Assembly: GCA_964396845.1 (NCBI GenBank)
Contig: CAYNGH010000002.1
Location: forward strand, 17,760 to 81,759
Length of the DNA stretch: 64,000 nucleotides
Direction: 5' to 3'
Source: an uncultured bacterium
GTDB lineage: Bacteria > Vulcanimicrobiota > JAJTBE01 > CAYNGH01
Part shown: piece after piece, positions 45,377-55,959 of the stretch
How positions within the stretch are numbered: the first letter of the stretch is position 1
Layout of the letters: the number at the start of each line of letters is the position of its first letter
Position numbers and translations under genes: made by a program
The notes under the pieces: generated by a model
Told to the model about the DNA's origin: nothing
The model's database searches: none
The model's input: only the letters and a program-made list of their open reading frames with translations

Positions 45377-47973
45377 CCCAGAAAACCATCAACCGACCGG
45401 AAAATCTTACACCCATGTTCCGACAGTATTACGATCTGAAGGAACGTTATCCCGACAGCCTGCTTCTGTTTCGTTGCGGGGATTTTTACGAGCTTTACGG
45501 GGAAGATGCAGTGCGGGGGGCCCGGCTGATGGAAATATCCCTCACATCCCGGGATATGTCTAAAGGCTCCCGTATCCAGATGGCAGGATTCCCTCATCAT
45601 GCTCTGGATAATTACCTGCGGTTGCTTATTTCCAAGGGGATCAAGGTGGCAGTGTGCGAGCAGATGGAGGACCCTAAAAAAGTCAAGGGACTGGTAAAGC
45701 GGGATGTCACCAGGGTTATCACCTCGGGCACCATCACAGATCCCGGCATGCTCAGCGCCGATGAAAGCAATTATCTGATGGCCCTGGCCACCGACGGTGA
45801 AACCACCGGCATTGCTCTGGCCGATGTATCCACGGGACACCTGAAGATTACCAGCCTTCCTGCAGTGGAGATCAACCGCCTGAAAGATGAAATTTTCCGC
45901 ATCGCTCCATCGGAGGTCATAATTGACCAGAACACCAGCGGGATGCCCCTGATAAAAGAATATCTCCGGGAGATGGAGATCCCCTGGACAGTCAACATGG
46001 AGCCGGTTCATGGGGAGATATGCCGGGAGATATTAAAGGGCGCTTTTGACCGGAATCAGGATCCCCCCGACTGGGATCAGGATCCCGCAGGAAGCATGGC
46101 CTCCGGGGTGCTGGTGGAATATCTCAACCAGACCCAGAAGACAAAACGTCATTCCCTTTCCGGCGCAGAGTTTTATCAGTTGGCGGATTACATGATCCTC
46201 GACGGAGTGACATGGCGAAATCTTGAGCTTTCCCACACCATGATGGAACGACAGAAGAAAGGCTCCCTGCTCTGGGTGCTGGATGAAACCAGAACCGGCA
46301 TGGGAGCGAGGCTCCTGCGGTCCTGGCTGGAAAGGCCCCTGATTGACATCCGGCGGATTGAGTCCCGGCACGAAGCTGTCGGCGAGATGGGGGAAAACTT
46401 CACCCTGCGGGAAGGGGTGAGGGAAAAGCTGAAGGAGATTTATGACCTTGAACGGCTCACATCCAAGGTAATATACGGATCTGCCGGTGCCCGGGATATG
46501 CTGGCCCTGGGCAATTCCCTCAAACCCCTCCCGTATTTAAAAAAACTCATTTCAGAATGTAGAGCCTCCCTGTTAGAGATCCTTCACGAAAACCTTGATC
46601 CTATGGAGGACATATCCCGGCTCATAAATGACGCCATCGCCACTGATCCCGCCATCACCCTGCGGGAGGGAAACATCATTGCCGACGGCTATAACCTGGA
46701 GCTGGACGAACTGCGATCTCTGCGCCGGGATGCCCGGCAGTGGATTGCAGGGCTGGAAACCCGGGAACGGGAATCCACGGGAATTAAATCTCTAAAAATC
46801 AAGTTCAACAATGTTTTTGGCTATTATATCGAGGTGACCCGTCCCAACCTGCACCTTGTGCCCGAGGGATACATCCGGAAGCAGACCATCGCCAACGGCG
46901 AACGATTCATCAGCCCCCAGCTGAAGGAATATGAAACAAAAATCCTGGGGGCCGAGGAAAAGATAAACGAGCTGGAATACCGCCTGTTTATGGAAGTCCG
47001 GGACAAGGTATCAGCCCAGTCAGTCAGGATCCAGAGAACTTCCCGGGTTGTGGCAGCCCTGGATGTACTGGCATCCCTGGGGGAAGTGGCCTCCCGTTAT
47101 CAATACTGCCGTCCCAGGGTGGTTTCCGGGGATACCCTGGAAATTGTCGGTGGCAGGCATCCCGTGGTGGAAAGATCCCTGAGGGACGGGTTTGTTGCCA
47201 ACGACAGCCGGATGGATGAAAAGGAATCACGGTTTCACATCATCACCGGGCCTAATATGTCGGGAAAGTCCACATATCTTCGCCAGGTGGGGCTTATCTC
47301 CATTATGGCGCAAATGGGTTCATTCGTGCCGGCGGAATCTGCGGTGACGGGGCTGGTGGACCGGGTATTCACCAGGGTTGGTGCCAGCGATGACCTGCAC
47401 CAGGGCAAATCCACCTTTCTGGTGGAGATGAGTGAAACCGCCAACATCATCAACAACGCCTCCCGGAGGAGCCTGGTTTTACTGGATGAAATCGGACGGG
47501 GAACCAGCACCTATGACGGGCTTTCCATCGCCTGGGCGGTTTGCGAGTATATCCACGACAAAATCAATCCCCGAACCCTTTTTGCCACACATTTTCACCA
47601 GCTCAACCAGTTAGAAGGACAGCTTGCCGGGGTCAAAAATTACCGGGTGGATGTAAAAGAAACCAGAGGAGAGGTGATTTTTCTCCATCGGATCGTACCC
47701 GGGGGGACCGACAGAAGTTACGGGATACATGTTGCCCGTCTGGCGGGACTTCCCAACCGGATTCTGAGCAGGGCCGCAGAAATTCTGGAACGGCTGGAGG
47801 CAGGACACCCCGGATCCCAGCCGGAGCCGGTGGATGGAGGCTCATACCAGCTGACCTTTTATGATCTTCTTCAAAGTCCCCTTGTGGATGATCTGCGCCA
47901 GGTAAATCCCGACGAAATGTCCCCCAGGGATGCCCTTGACAAGATTTATCTCTGGAAAAAATCCATAGACTAA
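45373..47973 (+). CDS. mutS: DNA mismatch repair protein MutS
   Basis: 866 aa; TPMFRQYYDLKERYPDSLLLFRCGDFYELYGEDA mismatch-binding N-terminus, Walker A GPNMSGKST, ST-x-x-DE C-terminal blocks. Confidence 0.95.
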   Translation: MTQKTINRPENLTPMFRQYYDLKERYPDSLLLFRCGDFYELYGEDAVRGARLMEISLTSRDMSKGSRIQMAGFPHHALDNYLRLLISKGIKVAVCEQMEDPKKVKGLVKRDVTRVITSGTITDPGMLSADESNYLMALATDGETTGIALADVSTGHLKITSLPAVEINRLKDEIFRIAPSEVIIDQNTSGMPLIKEYLREMEIPWTVNMEPVHGEICREILKGAFDRNQDPPDWDQDPAGSMASGVLVEYLNQTQKTKRHSLSGAEFYQLADYMILDGVTWRNLELSHTMMERQKKGSLLWVLDETRTGMGARLLRSWLERPLIDIRRIESRHEAVGEMGENFTLREGVREKLKEIYDLERLTSKVIYGSAGARDMLALGNSLKPLPYLKKLISECRASLLEILHENLDPMEDISRLINDAIATDPAITLREGNIIADGYNLELDELRSLRRDARQWIAGLETRERESTGIKSLKIKFNNVFGYYIEVTRPNLHLVPEGYIRKQTIANGERFISPQLKEYETKILGAEEKINELEYRLFMEVRDKVSAQSVRIQRTSRVVAALDVLASLGEVASRYQYCRPRVVSGDTLEIVGGRHPVVERSLRDGFVANDSRMDEKESRFHIITGPNMSGKSTYLRQVGLISIMAQMGSFVPAESAVTGLVDRVFTRVGASDDLHQGKSTFLVEMSETANIINNASRRSLVLLDEIGRGTSTYDGLSIAWAVCEYIHDKINPRTLFATHFHQLNQLEGQLAGVKNYRVDVKETRGEVIFLHRIVPGGTDRSYGIHVARLAGLPNRILSRAAEILERLEAGHPGSQPEPVDGGSYQLTFYDLLQSPLVDDLRQVNPDEMSPRDALDKIYLWKKSID

Positions 47974-48191
47974 CTTTATGACATTTATGTTTTTTTTTGC
48001 TGGTAAAGAGGAATTCACCAAATAAAAACAAATATTCATCTGTATCTTTTCGAGATATAAGACGATCCGGAATCGACTCCATGCCGGCATGCTCTGGCAG
48101 GTAGCTGTCAATGTCGGTGTTTGGTTTCATTCCACAGCGTATATTTTGGGATACTCCCCCGAAAGATGACTGCATAAAGAAGGAGGGCAAA

Positions 48192-49298
48192 ATGGATAAC
48201 CCAATCCTTTTGGTTCTGGGTGGAGTGAGCTTGGTTCTTCTTATTATTGTCATAATCCTGATAATGTTGAAGGGGAAGGCCGAAAAAAAGACCAAGGCCC
48301 TTATTGCAATAATAACCGCCAGCCAGGAGCTTGGGACCACAGCAAGTCTTGAGTCTGTCCTCAAGATTGTGGTTCAGATGGTGAAGAACCTGTTCTCCTG
48401 TGGAACAGTTGTGGTTTTTCTAAGGGACGACGAAAAACCCGAGGAGATTATCCTTCGCAAGAAAGCATTTATCACTCCCCACGAAGACGCTTTCCAGGAT
48501 TTTAATCCCGATGTGGCCCGATCCGTTATCGGCCAGGTGGTTCAAACCAAGGAAGGTAAAGTATTCAAGGATTTCCTGAACGAAGAAAAAGACGAAGTGA
48601 TCCAGAAAGAAAAAGGGTTGCGGGCCATGGCCATTGCGCCCCTGGTTTTCGAGGATCAATCCCTGGGAGCTGTGGTGATGGCTCATGGCACTCCCGATTA
48701 TTTCGACAAAGAAGCTTTCCGGCTGTTCACCCTTATGGCCAACCAGGCAGCCCTGGCAGTGAGAAATGTTCAGCTTCAGCAGGAAACCCAGCTTCTGGCC
48801 ATTACCGACAGTCTTTCCGGCATGTACACCCACGGATTTTTTCAGGAGCATCTTGCCAAAAAGATTAACGAGGCAAAATATGCAGATCCTCCGCATCCCG
48901 TGAGCCTGATGATTCTGGATGTGGACTTCTTCAAGAAAGTCAACGACAACTACGGTCATCCCCAGGGAGATGCCCTGCTCAAACAGCTGGGGGGGATCAT
49001 CAAACAGCATACCCGTCCCGGCGATGTAGTCTGCCGGTATGGCGGTGACGAGTTCACCATCACCATGGTGGGGACTGACCGGATTCAAGCGGTGCTGGTA
49101 GCCGAGAGAGTCCGCCAGGCTGTGGAAGAATATGAATTTGTTCTGGGGAGCAACATTGTCCACATCAGCATTTCCGGTGGAGTGGCTTCCTTCCCCGACG
49201 ACGCCGGCACCAAGAAGGAGTTGGTGGAAAAATCCGACAACTCCCTGCTGGAAGCCAAGGAAAAAGGAAGAAACAAAATCTGTTTCGCTTCCCAGTAG
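48192..49298 (+). CDS. GAF-domain diguanylate cyclase (GGDEF)
   Basis: ORF from 48111; preferred ATG 48192 with AGGAGGG SD. N-terminal TM, a GAF-like region, GGDEF active site (RYGGDEFTI) and an RxxD I-site-like motif. Confidence 0.85.
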   Translation: MDNPILLVLGGVSLVLLIIVIILIMLKGKAEKKTKALIAIITASQELGTTASLESVLKIVVQMVKNLFSCGTVVVFLRDDEKPEEIILRKKAFITPHEDAFQDFNPDVARSVIGQVVQTKEGKVFKDFLNEEKDEVIQKEKGLRAMAIAPLVFEDQSLGAVVMAHGTPDYFDKEAFRLFTLMANQAALAVRNVQLQQETQLLAITDSLSGMYTHGFFQEHLAKKINEAKYADPPHPVSLMILDVDFFKKVNDNYGHPQGDALLKQLGGIIKQHTRPGDVVCRYGGDEFTITMVGTDRIQAVLVAERVRQAVEEYEFVLGSNIVHISISGGVASFPDDAGTKKELVEKSDNSLLEAKEKGRNKICFASQ

Positions 49299-49318
49299 GG
49301 AGTGGAGCAGGTTGAAAT

Positions 49319-51202
49319 ATGGGAACCCACCCCAGAAGGTGGGTTTCTTGGTATAACAGGAGCCTTGATTTGTCAAAGATTGCCCTTCTGGATAAAACTG
49401 TAGCCGATAAAATCGCCGCGGGAGAAGTGGTGGAACGCCCCGCGTCTGTTATCAAGGAGCTTCTGGAAAACTCCATAGATGCCGGTGCCAGCAATATTTT
49501 CATAAACCTCCAGCAGGGGGGCCACAAGCTGATGGAAGTATGTGACGACGGCGAAGGGATGACAGCTGATGAAGCGAAACTGGCTATTCTTCGTTTTGCC
49601 ACATCCAAGATAAACACCTGGGAAGACCTGGAAAAACTGTCCACCTTTGGTTTCCGGGGGGAGGCCCTCCCCAGCATTGCTGCGGTCAGCCGGATGGAGA
49701 TTCTTACCAGCCCGGGGGAGGGAACACCGGGAACCCGCCTGTTCATTGAGGGAGGCCATCTGAAGGAAGTATCCGATGCAGGGCTTCCCCAGGGAACCAC
49801 CATCCGGGTGCAGGACCTGTTTTTTAACACCCCTGCCCGGCGGAAATTCCTCAAGAGTCCTGCTGCGGAAACATCTCATATTATCGGCATAGCCCAGAAG
49901 CTGTCCCTGGTGAACCCGGAGCTGGGGCTCAGGCTCAAATCCAACGGGCGAACCATATTTGATTTTCCCCGGGATATGACTCTACGGGAGCGGATACTCA
50001 AGATATGGGGACAGCCCCTGGACTACCGGGTGGTTTCCTTTGACGAGAAGATTCCCGGCCTGCGGGTGTGGGGTTTTGCATGTCCCCCCGATGCCCTGAA
50101 ATCTCACCGGTCATATCAGCTTTTTTTTGTGAACCGGCGGTATATAAAAAACACCATGATCAATCAGGCAGTGTCCGAGGGTTTCTCTCCTCTTCTTCCA
50201 GCGGGGAAATTCCCCATGGTCCTGGTATTTATCGAAATGCCCGGGGAGGACCTGGATGTGAATGTTCATCCAAACAAGATGGAAGTGAGATTCATCAGAC
50301 CGGGACGAATCTTCAAGGAAGTGCGGGATGCCATCAAACGTCAGCTTCGTTCCTTCGGATTTGTGCCGGAGCCCCGGGACAACCCTGCCGATGAGATTGC
50401 CTCTATGGGAGAAGCTTTCCATCCCCGGCATATGAATGACACCTGGCCTCGAACCTCGGCAGTTCCTCCCACGGGAGCCATCGGGAAGACATATAGAAAA
50501 GAAGAAGTCAGTTCTGATTCTTTTCAATCCAGCTATCACCGGAGAGTGTCCGATACCGGCGGGGAGCTTTCCCTGGAGTTCGAAGAAGAAGCCCTTACAG
50601 AAAAGCCAAAGGCCCGGCTTCTTGGCGGAAAGAGTTTCTGCGCCTTGGCCCAGCTTCAAAATACTTATATTATCGGTCAGGCAGGAGATGAACTCTGGAT
50701 AATCGATCAGCATACCGCCCATGAGAGGATAAATTATGAACGCCTCGGCCACATGGGGAAAAACATGTCCCGATCTCAGCGCCTGCTTTTCCCCATGGTT
50801 TTGGAGCTTCCCGCATCCCTCCATAATTTTGTCATCGACAGCCTTTCCCGGTTTGACTGCCTGGGGTTTGAAATGGAGTCTTTCGGTGGGACCAGTATTC
50901 TGGTGAAAGCGATCCCCTATGGCTTTGACCGACTGGAAAAACATGACAACCTCATGAACATTTTAGAGGAGGTTGCTGAAGGTTATCCTTATCGCAACCT
51001 GGACCAGTTCACGGATCGCCTGCGCTCCACCGTGGCCTGCAAAGCATCGGTCAGGGCCGGGGATCCTCTGAGCTTTGAAGAAATGAACAGCCTTGTCAAT
51101 GAGCTGGTGCAGATGGATTTTTCCAACTTCTGCCCCCATGGACGCCCAGTGGTGATCAAATTTTCCAGAGATCACCTGGACAGGATGTTTCACAGAAAGT
51201 AA
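49319..51202 (+). CDS. mutL: DNA mismatch repair protein MutL
   Basis: GHKL ATPase N-terminus (IAAGEVVERPASVIKELLENSIDAGA, DDGEGM), MutL C-terminal dimerisation domain. The true start is probably an internal TTG near 49367 (MSKIALLD...). Confidence 0.9.
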   Translation: MGTHPRRWVSWYNRSLDLSKIALLDKTVADKIAAGEVVERPASVIKELLENSIDAGASNIFINLQQGGHKLMEVCDDGEGMTADEAKLAILRFATSKINTWEDLEKLSTFGFRGEALPSIAAVSRMEILTSPGEGTPGTRLFIEGGHLKEVSDAGLPQGTTIRVQDLFFNTPARRKFLKSPAAETSHIIGIAQKLSLVNPELGLRLKSNGRTIFDFPRDMTLRERILKIWGQPLDYRVVSFDEKIPGLRVWGFACPPDALKSHRSYQLFFVNRRYIKNTMINQAVSEGFSPLLPAGKFPMVLVFIEMPGEDLDVNVHPNKMEVRFIRPGRIFKEVRDAIKRQLRSFGFVPEPRDNPADEIASMGEAFHPRHMNDTWPRTSAVPPTGAIGKTYRKEEVSSDSFQSSYHRRVSDTGGELSLEFEEEALTEKPKARLLGGKSFCALAQLQNTYIIGQAGDELWIIDQHTAHERINYERLGHMGKNMSRSQRLLFPMVLELPASLHNFVIDSLSRFDCLGFEMESFGGTSILVKAIPYGFDRLEKHDNLMNILEEVAEGYPYRNLDQFTDRLRSTVACKASVRAGDPLSFEEMNSLVNELVQMDFSNFCPHGRPVVIKFSRDHLDRMFHRK

Positions 51203-51211
51203 CCAGGTGTT

Positions 51212-52390
51212 ATGAAACCAGAAACAGAAAACCAGAAGAAACCGTCATCCTCCAGAGAGATTCCCTTCATATGGCTGGGAATCATAGCCTTCCTGTCCCT
51301 GCTGATGATCACATACCTCGGGGACTGGCCGTCAAATGCTGATGGCGGCTTCTATCAATCCCCATGGCCGACCCTGGGCCGGGACAGATACCGCCGAGGT
51401 CGCTCAGAACATGCAGGGCCATCCCCCGGAAAGATCCTGTGGGAATATTCTCTGGATGGGCCTGGGGCATCATCAGCGGTAATCGGTGCCGAAGGGGCCA
51501 TCCTTGTGGGCGGGGGGGACAATCACCTTCACTGTGTCAGTCCCCGGGGCGATCTTTTATGGAAGCACAGGTTTTCCAACAGGGCCGATGTGACCCATTC
51601 TGTGGATGAAGAAGGGCGGATTCTTTCTCCCGGTTATGAACCCCGGCTTAGCCTGTTGAGTCCCCGGGGAGAACTCATCTGGCACTTTGAAACCTTCCGG
51701 GGGCCCAGCTCAACTCCCCTGTTAACTCCCCAGGGCATAATCATTGCCGGCAGTGAAGATAATCACCTCTACTGCCTGAACCCTGATGGCCAGATGATCT
51801 GGAAATACCGCACCAACGGTTTTATTTCCTCGGCTCCATCCATGGGAGATAACGGGGACATATATTTTGGCAGTGAGGATTTCCATGTTTACGGGGTTGA
51901 TGCCAGGGGACTTCTTAAATTCAGCCATAAAACCGGCGATGAGGTTGTAGGCGCAGTGATGGTGGCTCCCGATGGCCGGCTGTGCTTCGGCAGTATGGAT
52001 CATCATGTTTACTGCCTCTCACCGGATGGAGATCTTTTATGGAAATTCAAGACAGGCCATGGGATAAGCGCCACTCCTGCCCTGCTGGATGATACGGCCA
52101 TTGTGGCTGGATCCGAGGATGGAAGCCTCTATTGCCTGAACCTGGAAGATGGAAGCCTTCGCTGGCAGTTTGACACCGGCGGTTCAGTCACTGCAGGGGC
52201 ATCGGTGGATGGAGATGGCCGAGTGTATGTGGGTGATGATAACGGAATATTATACTGTGTTGATCGGGATGGAAACCTGCTCTGGAGTCTTGAGCTGGGG
52301 CGCAGGGTGGAAGGCCAGCCTGCCATTGGTGAGAATATTCTCTATGTCACCACCGCCGACGGGGTTTTATTCGGCATCGGCTCCCGGTGA
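51212..52390 (+). CDS. PQQ-like beta-propeller repeat protein (BamB-like), N-terminal membrane anchor
   Basis: 392 aa; repeated blocks of the form G-x-L-Y-C-L-x-x-D-G-x-L-x-W-K-F-x-T. Confidence 0.7.
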   Translation: MKPETENQKKPSSSREIPFIWLGIIAFLSLLMITYLGDWPSNADGGFYQSPWPTLGRDRYRRGRSEHAGPSPGKILWEYSLDGPGASSAVIGAEGAILVGGGDNHLHCVSPRGDLLWKHRFSNRADVTHSVDEEGRILSPGYEPRLSLLSPRGELIWHFETFRGPSSTPLLTPQGIIIAGSEDNHLYCLNPDGQMIWKYRTNGFISSAPSMGDNGDIYFGSEDFHVYGVDARGLLKFSHKTGDEVVGAVMVAPDGRLCFGSMDHHVYCLSPDGDLLWKFKTGHGISATPALLDDTAIVAGSEDGSLYCLNLEDGSLRWQFDTGGSVTAGASVDGDGRVYVGDDNGILYCVDRDGNLLWSLELGRRVEGQPAIGENILYVTTADGVLFGIGSR

Positions 52391-52402
52391 GGGCATGCTG
52401 TG

Positions 52403-52858
52403 TCAGGACTTCCCCTTTTTAATGCATTCCCGGCATATTCCCTGAATAATCAGCCGGTGGCCGGTCATATGAAACTGGTGCTTGAGGGCAACCCTTTCCT
52501 GAATGGATTCAATCTCCTGATCCAGAAACTCGATGAGCTTGCCGCAACAATCACATATAAGGTGATCATGGTGAGGGTGGTTGAAGCTGGCTTCAAACAG
52601 GGTTGTGCCGTTGCTGGTGCCAACTTCCCGAACCAGAGAGCAACCGGTGAGGAGCTTCAGGGTGCGATAAACGGTAGAAAAACCGATTCGTCTGTGTTTC
52701 CGGCGCAAAATCCGGTATAGCTCTTCGGGGGTTAAATGCCGGTCCTGGGCAAAAAATTCATCCACAATAACATCCCGCTGAACGGTACTGCGAAGACCCA
52801 TTCTTTTCAGGCACTCATGAAAAGCCTGTTTGTAGTCCTTTACCTGCTTCATTTGCAA
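52403..52858 (-). CDS. fur: Fur-family transcriptional regulator (Fur/Zur/PerR)
   Basis: 151 aa; wHTH (FSTVYRTLKLL) plus HHDH and CxxC metal-binding motifs (HPHHDHLICDCCGKLIEF). Confidence 0.8.
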   Translation of the reverse strand: MQMKQVKDYKQAFHECLKRMGLRSTVQRDVIVDEFFAQDRHLTPEELYRILRRKHRRIGFSTVYRTLKLLTGCSLVREVGTSNGTTLFEASFNHPHHDHLICDCCGKLIEFLDQEIESIQERVALKHQFHMTGHRLIIQGICRECIKKGKS

Positions 52859-52985
52859 AAATCAGCCTCCAAATATGACAACCCTGATAAACAAGAAAAC
52901 CACCAAACGCCGATTATCCCGGCCCGGTGGTAATTCTTGAAACGGTATTAATTTCCCTTTAACCGTGGGAGTTTTCAATATTGCT

Positions 52986-53555
52986 TCAGTTGTCAACAAT
53001 CCCGTTGGCACTGCAGAATATCACCATTTTCTCCCTGGGCAAATTCTTGATAATATCCTGGGGTTCATCGGGCCCGCCGTTGAGTTCCGTTAACTCGAAC
53101 TGAATGGAAAAAGGCAACTGTCCATTTATATTCATAAGTTTCTGGCGTTCCTGTTCGGGTATGTTCATAAATCGCCCCAGCAGGGTGACCTGTACCTGAT
53201 CACCGTCCATTGGTTCCTCGAAACTGCGGTCGATTATGGCCATTTTTACATAATCCTTGTAACTGCGAAGATGTTTTTCCACCTCCATTTGCAGTCCCAT
53301 GGTCTTTTCCACCAGCTGTTTCAATTCATTGTGGTAGAAAAACCCTGGATCCAGCTTGAAAAGCCTCCGGTTCGACTTGCGCCGTTCAGTGACAATATGG
53401 GCATCACAGAGATTCTGGATCTCCAGCTGAACTGAACGCACGGGTTGATCCGTGAGTTTGGCGATCTGCCTGAGATAAAATTCCTTGTCCGGGTTTAGAA
53501 AGAAGAGGGACAGTAGTTTTCTTCTGCATCGTGACGGTATGATTGCTTTGAGCAT
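52986..53555 (-). CDS. Hypothetical protein, possible winged-helix DNA-binding
   Basis: 189-aa ORF; weak HTH-like N-terminal region. Confidence 0.4.
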   Translation of the reverse strand: MLKAIIPSRCRRKLLSLFFLNPDKEFYLRQIAKLTDQPVRSVQLEIQNLCDAHIVTERRKSNRRLFKLDPGFFYHNELKQLVEKTMGLQMEVEKHLRSYKDYVKMAIIDRSFEEPMDGDQVQVTLLGRFMNIPEQERQKLMNINGQLPFSIQFELTELNGGPDEPQDIIKNLPREKMVIFCSANGIVDN

Positions 53556-53818
53556 TTTGCATTCTCCAACTTTCCATAGTAATATGTTGCTGCGTAATCG
53601 GCAGGACTAAAAGTCCATCCATTAATTGTGTAAGTTTTGTACCTCCCACATAATTTTAATTAAACCTTTAACATAAAATTTCTTTTTCCATAGCATAAAA
53701 GTTAAATATTTTTTCATTACTTATATCAGGACAATGATTATTCCTGCTTGAATTAAATTCCTAACAGCCTTTTCCCCAGAAGGGAAGGTTAATTGCAGAC
53801 AAAAAAGAAAACAGATGT

Positions 53819-54724
53819 GTGAAATCCACCACCATTGCAGTTACTGCAGACATACACTACGGGACCCTTGTTGACCGGAAGGGGCTGGAAGATTATATTG
53901 ATTTTCTTGTCCAAAGGAACATTGATATACTGGTAATCGCCGGAGATATGGCAAGCCGGGGGCCTCACCACCGGGATTTTGTCGAATTTCTCGAAATCCT
54001 GTCAGCTTTTCCCGGCAGGGTCATGGCAACTCCCGGAAACCACGACCTGTGGACCCGCCGGGGGGATTCCATGGAACTCCTGAGGAGAGAGCTGGGAGAG
54101 ATGATGAGTCATCACGGGATGATTCTCCTGGACGGCAACCCCCAGATAGCAGGAAACATGGGGATTGTAGGATCCGTTGGCTGGTATGATTACAGCTTCC
54201 GGCATGTTCCCGATGAATATGTTTATCTGTTTCGAAACATCAAATTCCGCATCCCCAACGGAAAAGGGGGCAGTGCCATCAAAAGCTGGCCGGAACTTGA
54301 CGCCAGGGACTACCGGCATAAGTCATGCGAGGTTTCTTATGACGGGAGCAACTGGAAAAGATCCACCTGGCAGGATTTTCGTTTTATCCGCTGGGATATG
54401 GATGATTACCAGGCTCTCGATTTTATTTTAAATCGACTTGCAGACGATATAGAAAAAATCCGCCCCAAGGTGGACCGGGTGATGGCAGTCACTCACCATC
54501 TGCCCTTTGCCCGGTTTGTGCCGGATATCCCCGATCCTGTGTGGAGTTTTCACCGGGCATTTCTGGGCTCCGACGAAATGGGGGCTCTGCTTATGTCCTT
54601 TCCAAAGGTGCAGTATGCCTTCTTTGGCCACAACCACCGGGATTGGTTTGAAAAAATCGGCCATATCAACGCCCGGAACTTGTTTTATCACCGGGGGCCC
54701 GGCACGTATTATATCCAGTTATGA
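53819..54724 (+). CDS. Calcineurin-like metallophosphoesterase
   Basis: 301 aa; motifs DIHYG, GDMASRG, GNHD, and His-rich C-terminus (GHNH). Confidence 0.7.
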   Translation: MKSTTIAVTADIHYGTLVDRKGLEDYIDFLVQRNIDILVIAGDMASRGPHHRDFVEFLEILSAFPGRVMATPGNHDLWTRRGDSMELLRRELGEMMSHHGMILLDGNPQIAGNMGIVGSVGWYDYSFRHVPDEYVYLFRNIKFRIPNGKGGSAIKSWPELDARDYRHKSCEVSYDGSNWKRSTWQDFRFIRWDMDDYQALDFILNRLADDIEKIRPKVDRVMAVTHHLPFARFVPDIPDPVWSFHRAFLGSDEMGALLMSFPKVQYAFFGHNHRDWFEKIGHINARNLFYHRGPGTYYIQL

Positions 54725-54732
54725 TCTGGGTC

Positions 54733-55830
54733 TTACAGGTTGAACCTTATCAACAGCACATCCCGATCTTCCACGGGGTAATCTTTCCCGGCAAGATTGA
54801 TTATTCCCAGATCCCTTGCCTTTGTATATGATCCGGTTTTAATGAGTTGGTCTGCCTTTATCACCTCGGCCCGGATAAATCCCCGGGCCATGTCGGTATG
54901 AATCATACCCGCGGCGTTAATGGCGGTGGATCCCCTGGGGAGGCTCCAGGCACGGGTTTCATTTCGATTACCTGTATAAAATGTAATAAGATCAAGGCTC
55001 TGGTAACCGGTTTCTGCTACTCTGTCCAAGGCTGTGCGGTCCAGCCCCATCTCCCCGGCAAAAACCTCTGCCTCATCTGCCTCTAACTGCGACAGCTCAC
55101 ACTCTAACCGGCTGGATATGGGGACTACTTCCATTCCCCTTTTTTCCGAGGCTTCTGCCAGTTCATTATGTTGGATAAATTCTTCTGAAGATATGTCATC
55201 CTCGGATATGTTGGCAACAATAAATCCCTGTTTCATAGTTATCAGAGAGAATTCCCGCAACTGTTCCACAAGGTGGGGAGGAATATCCCCCTTGCGGGCG
55301 GGGATTCCCCGGGACAGGGCATCTCTGGCCATTTCCAGAGCTTCTGCCTGTGCAAGATATTTTTTTTCTCCAAGGCTGACGGATCTTGCCCGTTTTTCCA
55401 AGGCTCTTTCTACAACTTCCAGGTCTGCAAGGATCAGTTCAGTTTCAAGAATCTCCAGCTCCAGCACCGGATTGAGTTCCCCAAGGCTCAGGGGGACGTC
55501 TTTCTGTCCAAAGCACCGCAAAACCATGCACAGGGCGTCCACATTTCGAAGTTGCCCCAGGAATTTGTTTCCCAGCCCTTCCCCCCGGTGAGCGCCCCGG
55601 ATTAATCCCGCCACGTCAACAAAGGTGACATCCGCAGGGACTCTCTTTCTGGATTCAAATATCTCCGAGATAGGTTTCAGCCGGTGATCTGAAAGGGTTA
55701 CAATCCCCAGATTAGGATCGATGGTGGTGAACATGTGAGGGGATGCCTGGACATTGCTTCGGGTCAGGGCGTTGAACAGGGTGGATTTTCCGCTGTTGGG
55801 AAGGCCGACGATGCCCACAGAAAGACTCAT
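54733..55830 (-). CDS. ychF: Ribosome-binding ATPase YchF (Obg-family GTPase)
   Basis: ATG at 55830 preceded by GGAGG; MSLSVGIVGLPNSGKSTLFNALT G1 motif, TGS C-terminal domain. The 5' 200-codon extension of the raw ORF overlaps the opposite-strand IMPase gene and is rejected. Confidence 0.9.
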   Translation of the reverse strand: MSLSVGIVGLPNSGKSTLFNALTRSNVQASPHMFTTIDPNLGIVTLSDHRLKPISEIFESRKRVPADVTFVDVAGLIRGAHRGEGLGNKFLGQLRNVDALCMVLRCFGQKDVPLSLGELNPVLELEILETELILADLEVVERALEKRARSVSLGEKKYLAQAEALEMARDALSRGIPARKGDIPPHLVEQLREFSLITMKQGFIVANISEDDISSEEFIQHNELAEASEKRGMEVVPISSRLECELSQLEADEAEVFAGEMGLDRTALDRVAETGYQSLDLITFYTGNRNETRAWSLPRGSTAINAAGMIHTDMARGFIRAEVIKADQLIKTGSYTKARDLGIINLAGKDYPVEDRDVLLIRFNL

Positions 55831-55959
55831 TTGAACCTCCGGAGTTTTTCTTAATCTTAACCATATGGGGAGAAATACCTTCAACCCCTGGTGCAGGAAG
55901 ATGGCCCGGCTACAAGAAATAACCATTTCCCTGGCGAATAAAAAGGAAAACCGGCGATT

